A stretch of 64,000 nucleotides of DNA from Lophium mytilinum (Eukaryota). How positions within the stretch are numbered: the stretch's first letter is position 1; each line of letters opens with the position of its first letter. The DNA is taken from NCBI GenBank assembly GCA_010093605.1, contig MU004188.1, positions 1,615,673-1,679,672 of the forward strand, given 5' to 3'. Made by a program: the position numbers and the translations under genes. Below, in pieces: positions 1-13,010 of this stretch. The notes under the pieces are model-generated. The model had not been told where the DNA came from. It saw nothing but the letters and a program-made list of their open reading frames with translations, and did no database searches.

Positions 1-36
1 CTTGAAGCGCTTCCTGGAGCTTTTGGGGCGCGCCAT
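1..36 (-). CDS. Probable 5' end of a gene running off the left edge (MARPKSSRKRFK...)
   Basis: ATG at 36-34 followed by an open, basic N-terminus to the window edge; too short to identify. Confidence 0.35.
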   Translation of the reverse strand, partial: MARPKSSRKRFK

Positions 37-901
37 GATAGTGGACTGGTGGGCGTGTCGTTGGAAGGTGGGTGGTTCGTCGGAAGCTCTGTTGTAGATC
101 CAAATCTAGACTAGCGTCCACGCTAAGCCAAGGTCCACCATTGATTGGTCAATAGCTCTGTGAAGGCAAACGAGCGCTTCGTCTTCTGGGGTGGCCCTTG
201 ACTTTAGCAACGGCTCAAATTGAAGAACGTCTGCCTTGTTTGGACTTTTCAAAGTGAGTCGGACGCCCCATGACTGTGGCAAGAAAGGGTACGCTCACCT
301 AGAGTAAGGTCGACGTCAAAACCAACCGTGTTGGTGCGTTTCCCTCAGGCGATATTAATCTCAACAAACGAGGCCCTGGGGAGGTGAAGAGATGGAAAGA
401 CCGTTGCGAAGGTGCCCAATGAGAAGCCCTAAGCCACTGTCTACCGCACACACATTCGAAGCGGCAAGAAGCGAGGAAGTTCAGGTGAGATGTAGTTTAC
501 GAAAGAGAAGACAGCGGGTAAAGATGCTAGAGAGAACATCAAGGAACACTAAAGGAATAGATCTTGATTCAACCAAGGAAGCAACTATCATGCTAACTTA
601 CGTTCGAAACCTGCAAACCAACTATCTTCTCTAGCAACGCATTCATACTCATTCAATCATCCTCACCCAGTCCTCATAACTCGTCGTCTGCCTACCACCA
701 AAACTCCCAAATCTCTCCCAAAAGAGCAAAACGCCCATAATGTTGCCGGGGGGTATACCGAGTCGTAAGAAGCAGAATAAAGAAACCAGCAAACCTCAAA
801 GCACAGCCAGACACATCACTAATCCAGCATCGCTAAAACTCAATCGCGTACCACAAAAGAGCGTTCAGAAACCACCCCCACCCCTCACACCCCCCTCCCC
901 C

Positions 902-3413
902 CTACACCGTCTCCTTCGGCGCCACCGGCTTAGCATACGGACTCACACCCGCCTCCTCATCCAAACTCTCCCGCCTACTAACCCCATCCCCCACATCCTT
1001 CCCCCCCTCCTTCGCGCGGAGTTCCCAGCTCCCCACCCGCTCCTTCGGCGCCTTCTTATCGCCATCCCCCATGCTCACGATGCCCGCGACAGCGCCGTTC
1101 TTCGGGAGCGAGAGGTCCGCGTCGCTATGCAGCTTCGTCGCGCCCTTGAACCCGCCCAGCTCGGACTTCTTATCGCGGTTTACTTTGTGGAAGCGGATGC
1201 CGCCGACCAGCAAAGCGACGATGAACGCGATCAAGAGCACGCCGAGGGTGACAGCGGCGCCGATGACGCCGGCGACTTGGGGCGTCATGGCGCTGGCGCG
1301 GGAGGTGCTGTTGGGGGTGGAGGTGGCGGCGTCGTCGAAGCCGAGGCAGAAGATCATCGTGGAGCCGCATGCGTTGCACCAGTCGGAGTCGCTGGAGACC
1401 TGGAGGGAGGTTAGTGAGTGGGGATACGGGTTTAGGGGTGGTCTAGGGGGCTTGCCATGATCATTGACATCAAGTCTTGGAAGTCGAGCCATGCCATGTC
1501 GGTCTGGCTGGGGCCGCGGTTGAACATGGGGAAGGATTGCAAGGTGCCGTTTGCGGCGATCTCGGTGCCGTTGTGGAAATGGAAGCGTATCCTGGAGGTG
1601 TTAGCTGTGCCTTTAGGGGAGACTAAGTTGATTCGGTATTTACCAGAGATCAGTTTCGTCGGTTGGGAACGCTGAACCGTCGTCACCGACGGAGAAAAGT
1701 TCGAATACCATAGCGCTAGCATACTTGGAGGTTTATGTTAGCATTGTTCAGTTCATGAGAAGATCAAGAGGCCTTACTTCTGGCAAGCCGAAGAAGTTTG
1801 AGTTGAGAAACTGAAGGTCAGCAAGTGAGAAGAACGAAACGAAAGGCTCGTGTTCGCCGACTATTCGAGATAAGTTAGCATTGATCCAGGCTTTAGATGC
1901 TCGATGAGATTTACCCATTAGAGTGAGCTTTGGCGCTTCACCTATAGAGGCCACGAGCGCTTGGAACTGTCCGAGAACTTTCGCCGCCAGAGTTTTGCCG
2001 GCCTGTTAATAAATTAGTCACACAAAGCTCGAGACCAGAAACGTTAGGATAATTACTATAGCTCTCATTTGAGAATCGTAATCTGTGGAGACGTTGCCAT
2101 AGAGTGCCCATTCCTGTTGATCTGCGAGATATCTGAGGTCGTCGTAAACGCCCGCGAAAGTATCGTTCGCTGAGAAAAGCTCAAGGGTATCTTGGTCATG
2201 CTGTTTACAACATCATTAGCGTACAGCCATAGTCGGAGAACTTGAGAGGACTTACTGAGTATTGGTAGTTTAGGTAGTCATAGATTAAGTAGGCCTGTCT
2301 GGTCAGTTGCGTCCGAGTTATCGTCGAGAATTGTGGCTCATTCGTACATGTTCGTAATTCCTTGACGTCAAATTAGATGAAACTGTTATCCCGAAGCATT
2401 AACGGAGTTGACGCTCACCATTGAGACTCTACATAGACGTCCTTCAAATTCGTGTTGAATCCGGTGCTGACGAATGTTCAGTGAGCGTACGTCCGCCTTC
2501 ACAAAGCTCACCACTTACGCCCAATAAAGTGGCTTTGACGAATTTAGGGTTTCCCAGAATTCTAGAGTGTCATAGTACTCGGTGATAGCTAAAGTGTTCG
2601 CGGGACAGTTCACCGATCCTTGTACCCAAACGGACCTTTTCACGCATTAGCGGAGCTCGACGAAGAGATTGACGGGCAAATCACTCTGGTTCCGTATCCG
2701 ATGCGGTATATATACTCGGGTATTGGTAGCCGGAGAGTGGATAGTCAATGTAGGACCCGTTCGCTAAGATGTTCGTAGCATCTAACATAAGGGCGGTAGT
2801 CTCATTCAAGGTAAATGGGGGATAGAGACCCCTGGAGCGACATCAGCAATCCTGTATATAGCAGGCGGGGTATGGTCAAGCTGTACTGCATGAATGCTTG
2901 GGCTGAAGCTATTGCGTATGAACTGTCCGGAGTGAGGATGAAAATCTCGTCATTGTTGACTAGGTATATCACATTAGGTTCTCTCCAATAGGACACCAAT
3001 GCCTGGCTAACTCACCGACATTAGACGAGAGCCCAGAAATGGGCTGCTGCCCGAGCCCAATGTGCCCGCCGAACGAGTTGATATAGCGACTACAGTTGCA
3101 TGTTAAACAGATGGCACGAACGAAGGACGTCTGGGACTCTTGGTCGCTCGTACCCTCTAAAGTTGCTTCCAAGCTCATACATCTGATTTGCGCCCAGAGA
3201 AGTTAGGACTCGAGGAGTGTTTGACATGAGAACTGGCGTTCTCTCGCCAGTGCGAGCGCTGTCGAGCTTCAGTAAGCTCGCGTCTGCAACACCACATCTC
3301 GCAACTTACAAAATCACGCTTCCATGAACCTGAATTTGCGAGTTGTCCTCGGCAGCACTGATTTCTGGCAACAGCCAGGCCGCAGCAAAGATAGCAATAA
3401 CCAGCGCAATCAT
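902..3413 (-). CDS. Secreted/membrane-anchored histidine acid phosphatase-fold protein, about 14 exons
   Basis: CCACCATG start, hydrophobic signal peptide MIALVIAIFAAAWLL, spliced HGSVIFARTGERTP (RHGxRxP-like) then LTSLGANQMYELG; later GYQYP, FHNGT and WCNACGS segments and a C-terminal TM helix (VAGVIGAAVTLGVLLIAFIVALLV). 13 introns reconstructed by eye. Confidence 0.85.
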
Positions 3414-4391
3414 GGTGGCTAGACTGGCGGGGAAGCAGTGTCAAGGAACAAGACGGGAGCGAGAGAGCTGAGGAAGAGACCAAGGCAAGGCGTCAAAGAG
3501 GTACTTAATAGCCGGATGCGCTGCCCGAGCTCAGGCAGAGGTCGCTGCAGCTAGAGCACGCAAAGCAGGGCAGAGGCAGCTTATCACAGCAGAAAACGGC
3601 GCTTGGCAGCCTTGCGTGATAGCTCGATGTCTTTTAGCTCTGCACAGCTCCGAGCTCGCCGTGTTGGAGCTATCGAAAGCTACCCCGCCGCAGCCGCCTG
3701 CATGATGATGGTGGCATGCCCGGGGGCAGCCCCCAAGGCCCTTTGTCCGCAGCCTTGTGTGCCGGCTTGGGGGTGTGTGGGAGCACGTCGATCGCTGCAG
3801 TCATACAGAGCAAGGCTTGCAACAAAGACGCTCGACTTTGGGGCCCAAGGCAGGGCTCCCTCGGCGTGCAATTGGGCATGTGGGATGGTGATGGGCGGGG
3901 TGTGGTGAGGACGAGCTTGGCAAACTGCGCTGGTGACCTTTCCGCCGATAAGCCTATCAGCCAGATGCATCTGGTTAGTATCAGTCTTACCGCACGCTGA
4001 AAAGCTGAAAGCTCGCAGCATGCACGCCGCTGGCAGCCTCTGCCAGCGGTGCTCCCATGTCGACAGCTCAGTCGCGTGGTGTAAGGCTGAATGGCTTGTT
4101 CTGCAGCTACCCTGGGAGTGCAGCGGAGTCACATCCTCGCAGTACCGGCAGATTTCCTCCTGATGTGTAGTTGTTAGTCCCGAGGCACTTGCAGCAGCGC
4201 ATTTGTAACGATGAAGAACCGCCTCGAATTATCTCTACTCAGAAGTCTGAGAATCGTATGCTACACTTGCGCACATTGTCTTTAAACTAAGCAGACCACA
4301 GCTGTGTAAGAAGCAGCAGCAACTCCTATCCCGGGCCCAATGCCAGAACACTCTTTCAATAATCATAACCCATATTCGCACAAGTCCTCCC

Positions 4392-6648
4392 TTAGAGGCT
4401 GACCTCAACACGGCCTTCGTTGCCGGGTGCTCCTCCAGCAAGGTTGGGGAGGAGGTAGGTGATGTCGTCCCACGGATGCCTGTAGAGACCAGTCCGCAGA
4501 CGCTTCTGGTCCAGGAAATGGGCAATCAAACCGATACTTCGGCCGAGCACGAACAGACCGTTGAGCACACCCATTTTCAGGTAGTCCTCAGCCTCTTCCG
4601 AGCTGAAGGCACCGCAGTTGCGGAGCAGATCAACGAAGCACACGGCAATGCAACCGTCGACGTTAAGAATGAGGTTGTCCTTCTTCGAGGTTGTCACCGT
4701 CTCGACGGCAAGCGCGTAGTCCAGCATCTTGCTGCTGGCGAAGTTCTTCTTGACGAACTCCTTCACCAGCTCGACACGGAGATCGGGGTTGTTTCGCGAC
4801 TTGATTCTGTGACCAATACCAGGAACTAGGAACTGTTAAAATATGCATCGACAGAAGATAGTAGGGCACTTACTGAGCTTGTTCTCCTTCCTCATGGTGT
4901 CGACGAAGTCACGGGGGCTCAGGCCCTTGTCGTAGGCCTTGGTGAACTCTTCGGCAGCGCCGTCGAGAGCACCACCGAATCGCGAGCCAATGGTCAAAAG
5001 ACCGCTGACTAGCGCGCTGATAAGATCCTTACCGGCACGGGTGGTGATGATCGTGTTCATGGCGCCAGACACAGCGGGACCGTGGTCGGCAGTCAACATG
5101 AGCACCATCTCGAGGAAGCGGCTGGCGTAGTCGGGAAGACGGCGACGGAACCATAGTAGTGACATGACACCACCAATTCCAATGTTGTCCCTGAACACAT
5201 CCGAGATAGGCATACCAGCGTACAGGAGCTCCTGACCACGGTCGTCGGAGATGGTCGAGATGAAAGCGGCGGGCTTTCGGACGAGACCGAGCTCCTGCGC
5301 CCAGGAGTAGTCAATGGGGATCTTGGGAACGACGGGCTCTGGCTTGGGCTTGATGGTGCCAGCCTTGAGCAGCTTCTGGTAGACCTGGGCAAGGGTGCCT
5401 GGCATGTCCTCGAAAGTTTCCGGGACAAAGAAGCCTGCCTCGCCCATCGACTTGTTCTTCACCACAGCTGTCTCAAGCTGAGAGTTGGCGAACGAACCGG
5501 CGTGACCAAACTGGACCTCAGTCTTGAGCAGGCCAGCGACAGTACCAATGGCCCATGCCACAATTGGCTTGTTCACTTGGCCAGACTTAACAGCTTCGAT
5601 CACGCGGTATTCCTCGACACCACCGACTTCACCGAGCAAGACGATAATCTTGCAGTTGGGGTCGGCCTGGTACCGCAAGACGTGGTCGATGAAAGTTGTA
5701 CCCGGATACCTGTCACCACCAATCGCAACGCCTTCAAGAACACCATCGGTTGTATTTGCGATGATGTTGTTGAGCTCGTTGGACATACCTCCGGACTTGG
5801 AGACGTATGACACGGAGCCTGGGCGGTAGAGCTTGGAGGCGACAATGTTGTCCATCATACCACCTGTATTACCAATCTTGAACGCACCGGGCTTAATGCC
5901 ACCGACAGTAGCCGGGCCAATGATGGTGATACCCTTCTTCTGCGCAACGTGGAGAATCTCGCGGGCGCGCTGTTGCACGTGTCAGCCACAACCTTATTTT
6001 CTGACATTCTGAGCATTGACACCTACTCGTTCAGGCACACCCTCGGCAATAATGGCAATGGATCGGATCTGGGGGAATTCCATCAGCTCCATTGTGGAGC
6101 TGTAGACACTGCGCGATGACGCGAAGTTGACCACAGTGTCGACATCGGAGTGCTTTGCGATGGCCTTCTCCACCGACTGGTACACGGGCAGAAGAGTCTC
6201 GCTAGTTCCCCAGTACCTGCATGGTGCGTTAGTTGAAGTCCACGTGCAAAAGCACTGTCATGTGAAATTTGGGGAAATCGGGAATTGCGCACATTTTGCT
6301 GACGAACTGACCGCCAAACGTGTAGATGATGCCTGCTACGGAGGGAGTCTTGCGCTTGCAGATGAAGTCGAAATCGAGCATGCCCTGCACGGCGCGGGGC
6401 TGGAGGCCGCTGTAGAGGAGTTCCATTAGCACCGTGTTCAATCGTCTCATGGCGGGCTGCAAGGGCGCTCACTAGACAAAGCATCGCGTCTTGGGGTGGA
6501 AGAGAGTGTGCTCGGCGGGCGGGCTCAATGGCCGGCTGGGAGCTGCGAAGCGGCGGATGTTGTCGTTGGCAGACGGGCCATCTGGGCTGAGAGAGGTCGA
6601 GGTGGCAGGAGCGGGGGCGCCGTTGGTGGTGGGCACCGCGGAAGGCAT
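4392..6648 (-). CDS. ACL1: ATP-citrate lyase large subunit (CoA-binding, phospho-His and citryl-CoA lyase domains)
   Basis: Motifs [18 protein letters not shown] (catalytic His), [22 protein letters not shown] at 6648 ([10 protein letters not shown]...); 4 coding introns. Confidence 0.97.
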
Positions 6649-7818
6649 TTTGGAAGAAGTGGTCGCGGTTTCGAGGGTAGAGAATTGGTATTATCTGGAG
6701 GGGCCGCGAGAGTTAGCTGGCTGGACGCGCGCAGTTTTGAAAAGCGGATGGTGAGTCGGGCCGTGGAAAAGTGGTGCTGACGTGAGTTCCCGACGCTGAG
6801 CAGAAACAAAAAACGCACAGCCGGACTCAGCGCTCGCAGCTCGGTGACGGGAGAAGGGCACGGCGGGCGAGGGCTCACTGTATGGGGACGTACGGGAGTG
6901 TATGTTGCTGCTGCAATTGCAATTGAGGCGAGGAAACAGACGGGGACGGGTCTGGAGGTGGTGGGAGACGGCGAGATGACGCTTTTCGGGAGAGAAGTTT
7001 GGACACCGCTTCGGCGTTGAGCTGCTAGCCCGCGATCAGGGCCACTCCCAATCCAATCCAATTGTTGGGGAAACAGCCCCGGCCCGGGCTTCAGCCACAC
7101 ACCGCCCGCCGGCCCTTGTCTGGGGAGCCGTGTGCGAGTGAGCGGTCACTGCTTGCCGTGTTTTGCTGTGTCTCGCGGCGATGCCACGGGAGTTCCTCTG
7201 CTGCGACTGTTTTCGCAACGAGACCGGCGCGCAGGCGGAACTGAGGGTGCTGGAGCTGTCTTTCGGCGTCGTGGAGCCCAGGTCAGACGCTGCGAAGATT
7301 GTCGGATTCCGTTCCCAACGGCGGCCAGGAACGCGCTTGGCGGGGCCCTGCGTTTAGTGATTTTAGCGCCCTCTCAACCTGAGCACCAACGCCCCACGCC
7401 CGCTGCCCTCACCGACAAGAATTTGAGCGTCATCTCCTCAGCTGCAACCCTCCCGACCACCTCAATTGCCCTCCTCTTCGCTGCTGCGTGCCACTGCTCC
7501 TCTTCAATTTCTCGTCGCCCTCTTCGACTGCATCCAGGTGAGTCCCAACCGCTCTTTTCGTCCGGAATGCGCCTCCGGGGATTGTCCACACCTCCGAGAA
7601 TCGTCTTCGGACTTCCATAAGCCCATTCTCCATCCCCAATAATTTCCGCCGTCGCCGGGTGCCCTCTCGAGACCGCAGCTCAGCCCTCTGTTCTTGCCCT
7701 GCCTCGCATTGCCGATACCTGATCCCGCGCCCGCCTCTTTTCTCATTCCTCAAGCCAGACCTTGCGCAGAAGCTAAACGCACCCTTCAGACCTCCTCGAA
7801 TAGCTCCAATCTTCCAGA

Positions 7819-9789
7819 ATGTCTGCCAAATCCATCTTCGAAGCCGACGGCAAGGCCATCCTCAACTACCACCTCACCCGCGCGCCCGTGATCAAGCCCA
7901 CTCCTCTGCCGGCCACCGCAACCCACAATCCCCCTGCCCGGCTTGCATCTCTTCACTTCCCCGCCGATGCCGCTCCAAAAGACGTCCTAGACCAGGCCGA
8001 GGTAACATTTCCGTGGCTGCTCGTCTCGGGCTCCAAATTTGTCGCAAAACCTGATCAGTTGATCAAGCGGCGAGGCAAGAGCGGTCTTCTGGCCTTGAAC
8101 AAGACATGGGCCGAGTGTCGCGCGTGGATCGAGGAGAGAGCAGGAAAGCCCCAGAGGGTGGAGACGGTCGATGGTGTGCTGAGGCAATTCTTGGTGGAGC
8201 CGTTTGTGCCCCATCCTCAGGATACCGAATATTATATCAACATCAACTCGGTGCGAGAGGTACGTGATTTATCTTTTTCTTCATTTTTTGACTACTCCTG
8301 GTTCCGGTTGTCGATTGCATTTTCAAAACGAGACAAAAAATGTACTGGTTGCGTGGATATGTTGTTCAGAACGGCAAAAGCCTGGTGTGGAAGGTGGTTC
8401 CAGAACATCACGGGCGGCTGCTAGGCTTTTGTTTGGCTTCTGCACGGAACTCGGCCGGACGAAGGGATACGCTTATCCAGGCCCACACGTTCTGCACCAG
8501 TCAGAAATGTCGCGTCCCTTGCATTTCTTATCGTTTGTTCCGATTCACAGCTCTTGCTTCGCTTCCGTCCCGACTGCGCTTTTGATGCGGCTCTGTTCGT
8601 GGCGTCGGCTCACTCCTTGTCGCCTACCCATCCCGCTATCACGTGCTCCCCACTAATACTGCCGCATTAGGGTGACTGGATCCTGTTCACGCACGAGGGT
8701 GGTGTTGATGTCGGTGATGTCGATGAGAAGGCTGAGAAGCTCCTCATCCCCGTCGACCTCAGCGAGTACCCCTCCAACGAGGAGATTGCCGCAACCCTGC
8801 TCAAGAAGGTCCCCAAGGGTGTGCACAACGTCCTCGTCGACTTCATCTCAAGACTATATGCTGTCTATGTTGACTGCCAGTTCACGTAAGAACTCTCCGT
8901 TATCTACACTTAACCTCTCTAACCTTCATTTGTTTAGCTACCTCGAAATCAACCCTCTTGTTGTCATCCCCAACGCCGATGCCACCTCCGCTGAGGTGCA
9001 CTTCTTGGATCTTGCTGCCAAGATCGACCAGACCGCCGAGTTTGAGTGCGGTGTGAAGTGGGCTATTGCCCGAAGCGCCACTGCTCTCGGCATACCTCAG
9101 ATCGCCACCAAGGATGCCAAGGTGACCGTCGATGCAGGCCCACCAATGGAGTTCCCTGCTCCATTCGGTCGTGAGATGAGCAAGGAGGAATCCTACATCG
9201 CTGAGATGGATGCTAAGACCGGTGCCTCCCTCAAGCTCACCATCCTCAACTCCACTGGGCGTGTATGGACTCTCGTTGCCGGTGGCGGTGCCTCAGTCGT
9301 CTACGCCGATGCCATTGCCTCCGCTGGCTTCGCGAGCGAGCTCGCCAACTACGGAGAATACTCTGGTGCTCCTAGCGAGACCCAGACCTACCACTACGCT
9401 CGCACTGTCCTAGATCTTATGCTTCGCGCGCCCGTCCACCCCGAGGGCAAGGTCCTCTTCATCGGTGGTGGTATTGCCAACTTCACAAATGTACGTTGCC
9501 ATTCTATATACTTCAACTACTTGCGACTAACCCTACACAGGTCGCCTCCACATTCAAGGGTGTCATCCGCGCTCTGCGCGAAGTCGCTCCCGTCCTCAAC
9601 GAGCACAAGGTGCAGATCTGGATCCGCCGCGCCGGCCCCAACTACCAGGAGGGTCTCAAGAACATCAAGGGCGTCGGCCAAGAGCTCGGCCTGAACATGC
9701 ACGTCTACGGGCCGGAGATGCACGTTAGCGGCATTGTGCCGCTAGCGCTCAACGGGAAGCAGACAGATATCAAGGAGTTCAGCGGTTAG
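7819..9789 (+). CDS. ACL2: ATP-citrate lyase small subunit (ATP-grasp and citrate-binding)
   Basis: [66 protein letters not shown]; introns 8261-8670, 8886-8937, 9491-9540. Confidence 0.97.
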
Positions 9790-10296
9790 ATTGTATCATA
9801 TATAATGAGAGTTCCGTTCTGTCTTCACGTTTATGTCGTCTCCGCGCGTTGGGGCTGTGATGGGGGACGGGGAAAATGGTTCGTTTCCTGGTGCTGGAGT
9901 TGAGTTGGCATTTGCTTTGAGCCCGTCTAGATGGTTGCGAGCATTTTGGACCGGTGGGAAAGGGGGGGCGAGATGTGGGGGGAGGTTATGTGCGATGATT
10001 ATGTCTAGGCACTATCGTAGAGAAGCATGGTCCTGTAAACACATGGTCTTGTAAACACATTGTCTTGTGAGATCTGATCCGGGCCTATGTTAGCCATACC
10101 GCTGCACCGGAGGGCCTCCAAATAAGTTTCTACCGTCGTGACGATACGGAGGCTAACATGAGTAGCTGAAGTGCCTCAGTGCAAGAACCGGGTAAGATTG
10201 CTACAGGTTTTCACAGATTTGACGATGTGAACGGACTTTTGCTAGACGCGCCACGCAGCGTGAAGGAGTGTGCGCATCATAGCTAGTTTCCCTTGC

Positions 10297-11160
10297 AGAA
10301 GCAACAGGTCCTAGATCAGGCCTTTAAACAAAGGCCCGAGAAAGGCTATCGAGGTGCTTCCACCTTAGAATTCCGCGATTCGGTTGCAAGAAGTCACAAA
10401 GTCAACCGCGTGAGACCTTTTTTCGACGCAGAAGCAACAGGGCCTAGATCAGGACCTCGTCAAGAGGATCAATCAAAGCTGTTGGAGCATCTCTGCTTGC
10501 TATTCCGAAGGTCCGGTTACAAGTTTAAACAGATTCAACTGTGTAAGAGGATTTTTAACAGACGCCGAGGGGTACGCCGCGTGCCCTTATCTTACTCCTT
10601 TCTTTAAGCTGGAAGCATCGGGGCCTGGATTAGGACGTCGTCAAGAGGTTCAAGGAAAGCTGTTGAAGCACCTCTGCTTTCTAAATATGGTGTCTGGTTA
10701 CAAGTTTTAACAGATTTAACCGCATGAAAGCTTTTTTGTAAGAAGCAGTGTGCCACGGCGCGTACCCTTTTTGCAACGCTTTTTTTATCTAGAAAGCAAC
10801 GGGCCCTAGATCAGGAGCTCGCCAAGAGGTTCAAGGAAAGCTGTAGGAGTGCCTCTGCTTACTAACTTTAAGGTCCAGTTACAAGTTTCAACAGATTCAA
10901 CCGCTTGAGAGCTTTTTTGTAAGACGTAGCGTGCCACGCCGCGTGACCTTTTTGCATAACTTTTCCATCTAGAAAGCAACGGGGCCTGGATTAGGACCTC
11001 GTCAAGAGGATCAAACGAAGTTGTTGGAGTACCTCTGCTTACTAGATCTGAAGTCCGGTTGCAAGTTTTAACAATTCAACCGCTTGAGAGCTTTTTTCTA
11101 CGACGCGGAGGGGTACACCGCGCGCCCTGTTTCTAAGTCAGAAGCAGCGGGCTCTGAATC
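10297..11160. repeat. Diverged tandem repeat, unit about 180 bp, about 4 full copies plus partial copies
   Basis: AGAAGCAAC(A/G)GG(G/C)CCT(A/G)GAT(C/T)AGGA-like block recurs near 10297, 10430, 10611, 10791, 10971, 11140; GGTTACAAGTTT.AACAGATT.AAC-like block in each full copy. Confidence 0.9.
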
Positions 11161-12051
11161 AGCGCCTTTGCGATCAGGATGCTTATGTGGAGGAGAGTGA
11201 CTGAAGCAATTCCGTGCGAAGTTTGAATTGGTGAAGGCGTAAGGTCGTACGGATTTATCAAAACGTAGCAGACGAAGCGTGCATGTGGAAGGGTGGGAGT
11301 GTGGCTTTTACTCAACGCAAAAGAAACAGGCTTTAGATTGGGACGGTAGCTAAAGAGTTTGAAGCTGGTGAAGTGGACGGGAAGCACTGACTGTGTAGGA
11401 AATGGGTGTAACTGGCGTGAGTTCCTACGAAACGATCCGCGTGGGATTGGGTTGGTGGATGCGACGTGCCATGCGGAGGCGGGTACACAGGGTGATTGGT
11501 TCTACTATTTATCTTATAGAGGGATTGCCGGGTTGGAAATCGGACACTGTCATAAGGTCAAAAATCACACCACGTTCAAGGTGAATCTTCTTTGGGCGTC
11601 AAATTTGCGCCCAGTTGACCAATAGGGACTCGTCGAATCTAGATCCGAGGCGGTGCATAGCTATTAGATTAGCCGTTGACGTGAGCGTCAGGGAGATGCC
11701 AGCGCAACTCCCTATCCTCTCTCTCCCTTCCTCTTCTAAGAAAGGGAAAAAAAAAAGAACATTTCAGCACATCCAGCTCTCGCGGGCGGAATGAAACGCC
11801 CACAGTTTTTACGAGCTTTTTGCCAGGAAGAGAATTATTTGATTGTTGATGCAGTAGGCGGAATATTGTTGTAGCTTATCCAGTATCATGTCGTCGAACT
11901 CTATCATTAGTTTATCAAATCTCAGGACTGCGTTGCTCGCATATTGAAATGATAATTCGTGGTAGAGATGTCATTACCTCTCTTCTTGTGAGCTACTGTG
12001 TGGTTCTCAATTCTATCCTCAGAATCATTCCGGCGTGCATTCGATGCTCTT

Positions 12052-12675
12052 CTATTCTTTCTTTGGCACAGGCTTCTGCAATGGACTTATTGTTCTAGAA
12101 AATAGACTAATATCCCCACCCAGGTACTGTCTGATGTAATTAAGAAATCGAGGACGATACTTAGCCTGCCTAAGAAGTTCTCGCTCTTGAGTGTCAAGTT
12201 CCATATAGCACCGCACATCTGGTATTCGAGCTTTCCTGGAACCCTTTCGACTAAATGAAGCTTTATACGTTTGTTCCTGGATTGCGGTAGGGTCAACGGT
12301 CGTTCCCTGATGGGCCACCGAGCCCACTTCCCCCTTTCTCAATATCGATATTGCCTGTTTGTAGAACTCTCGTATCATGCTGTCAATGTTGCTAGGGAGG
12401 CTTTTCCGCAATATCGGGACGGAATAGCAGGACCCCTTGGGGGGAATGGGAGCAAGCGATGTTGCTCTTAAGGAATACAGGTTTCTTACGCTGCATATGC
12501 AAAGCGGGTAGCCATGTACTCGCCCGAAATGTTCAAGAGGCTTATTTCCCGCTTCGATGGTTGCAAAGTCAGAGTTGAGGTCTTGCAAAATTCTGGTTGT
12601 GCGATATTGCATGATCGCTACTAGTGTTATTTTGGCATCTATGAATGACGTAGCGTGTGTCGCGAAAAGTGGCAA
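12052..12675 (-). CDS. Possible hypothetical protein or gene relic
   Basis: 207-codon open frame starting at TTG, with no recognisable motif; a CCACCATG at about 12820 could supply a first exon, but no convincing splice model was found. Confidence 0.25.
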   Translation of the reverse strand: MPLFATHATSFIDAKITLVAIMQYRTTRILQDLNSDFATIEAGNKPLEHFGRVHGYPLCICSVRNLYSLRATSLAPIPPKGSCYSVPILRKSLPSNIDSMIREFYKQAISILRKGEVGSVAHQGTTVDPTAIQEQTYKASFSRKGSRKARIPDVRCYMELDTQERELLRQAKYRPRFLNYIRQYLGGDISLFSRTISPLQKPVPKKE

Positions 12676-13010
12676 TCGTGGAATTCCAAGGAGAGGCTGC
12701 AGCTACTCAGCTTCTGGCCCAACCAGCTACAGATCCGGCCCCTTAGAAGCGTGACTAGCCGCCAGGTGTCAAAAGCAAGGGGAGGCTACCAAGGGAGCCG
12801 AGGGGCGGCTGCAGCGGCATGGTGGAGGACGTTGTGGTGAAGGTGTTAATGTATGTAAGAGGTTCGCACGCGCAACGAAGTTGATATTCCGGCGGAACCC
12901 CGGCTGCAGATATCGGCCAAGGGGGTGTACAAATAACTATCCCTATGAATCACCCTCTCTTAATATCAAAATTCACCAAAAGAATAGGAAAAGATCAAAA
13001 CAAAAGAATG

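Noticed and set aside
740..1460. Plus-strand ORFs of 224 and 129 aa
   Set aside because: Antisense shadows of the GC-rich last exons of the phosphatase-fold gene.
8261..8670. Unusually long ACL2 intron as a possible snoRNA host
   Set aside because: No convincing paired C/D boxes with terminal stem or H/ACA structure identified by eye.
10025..10070. 17-bp duplication containing two GTAAACA (forkhead-like) motifs
   Set aside because: Lies downstream of ACL2 with no gene start nearby; likely slippage.
10293..10607. 104-aa ORF in the 180-bp array suggesting a 60-aa repeat protein
   Set aside because: Other copies carry stops and indels, so no conserved reading frame.
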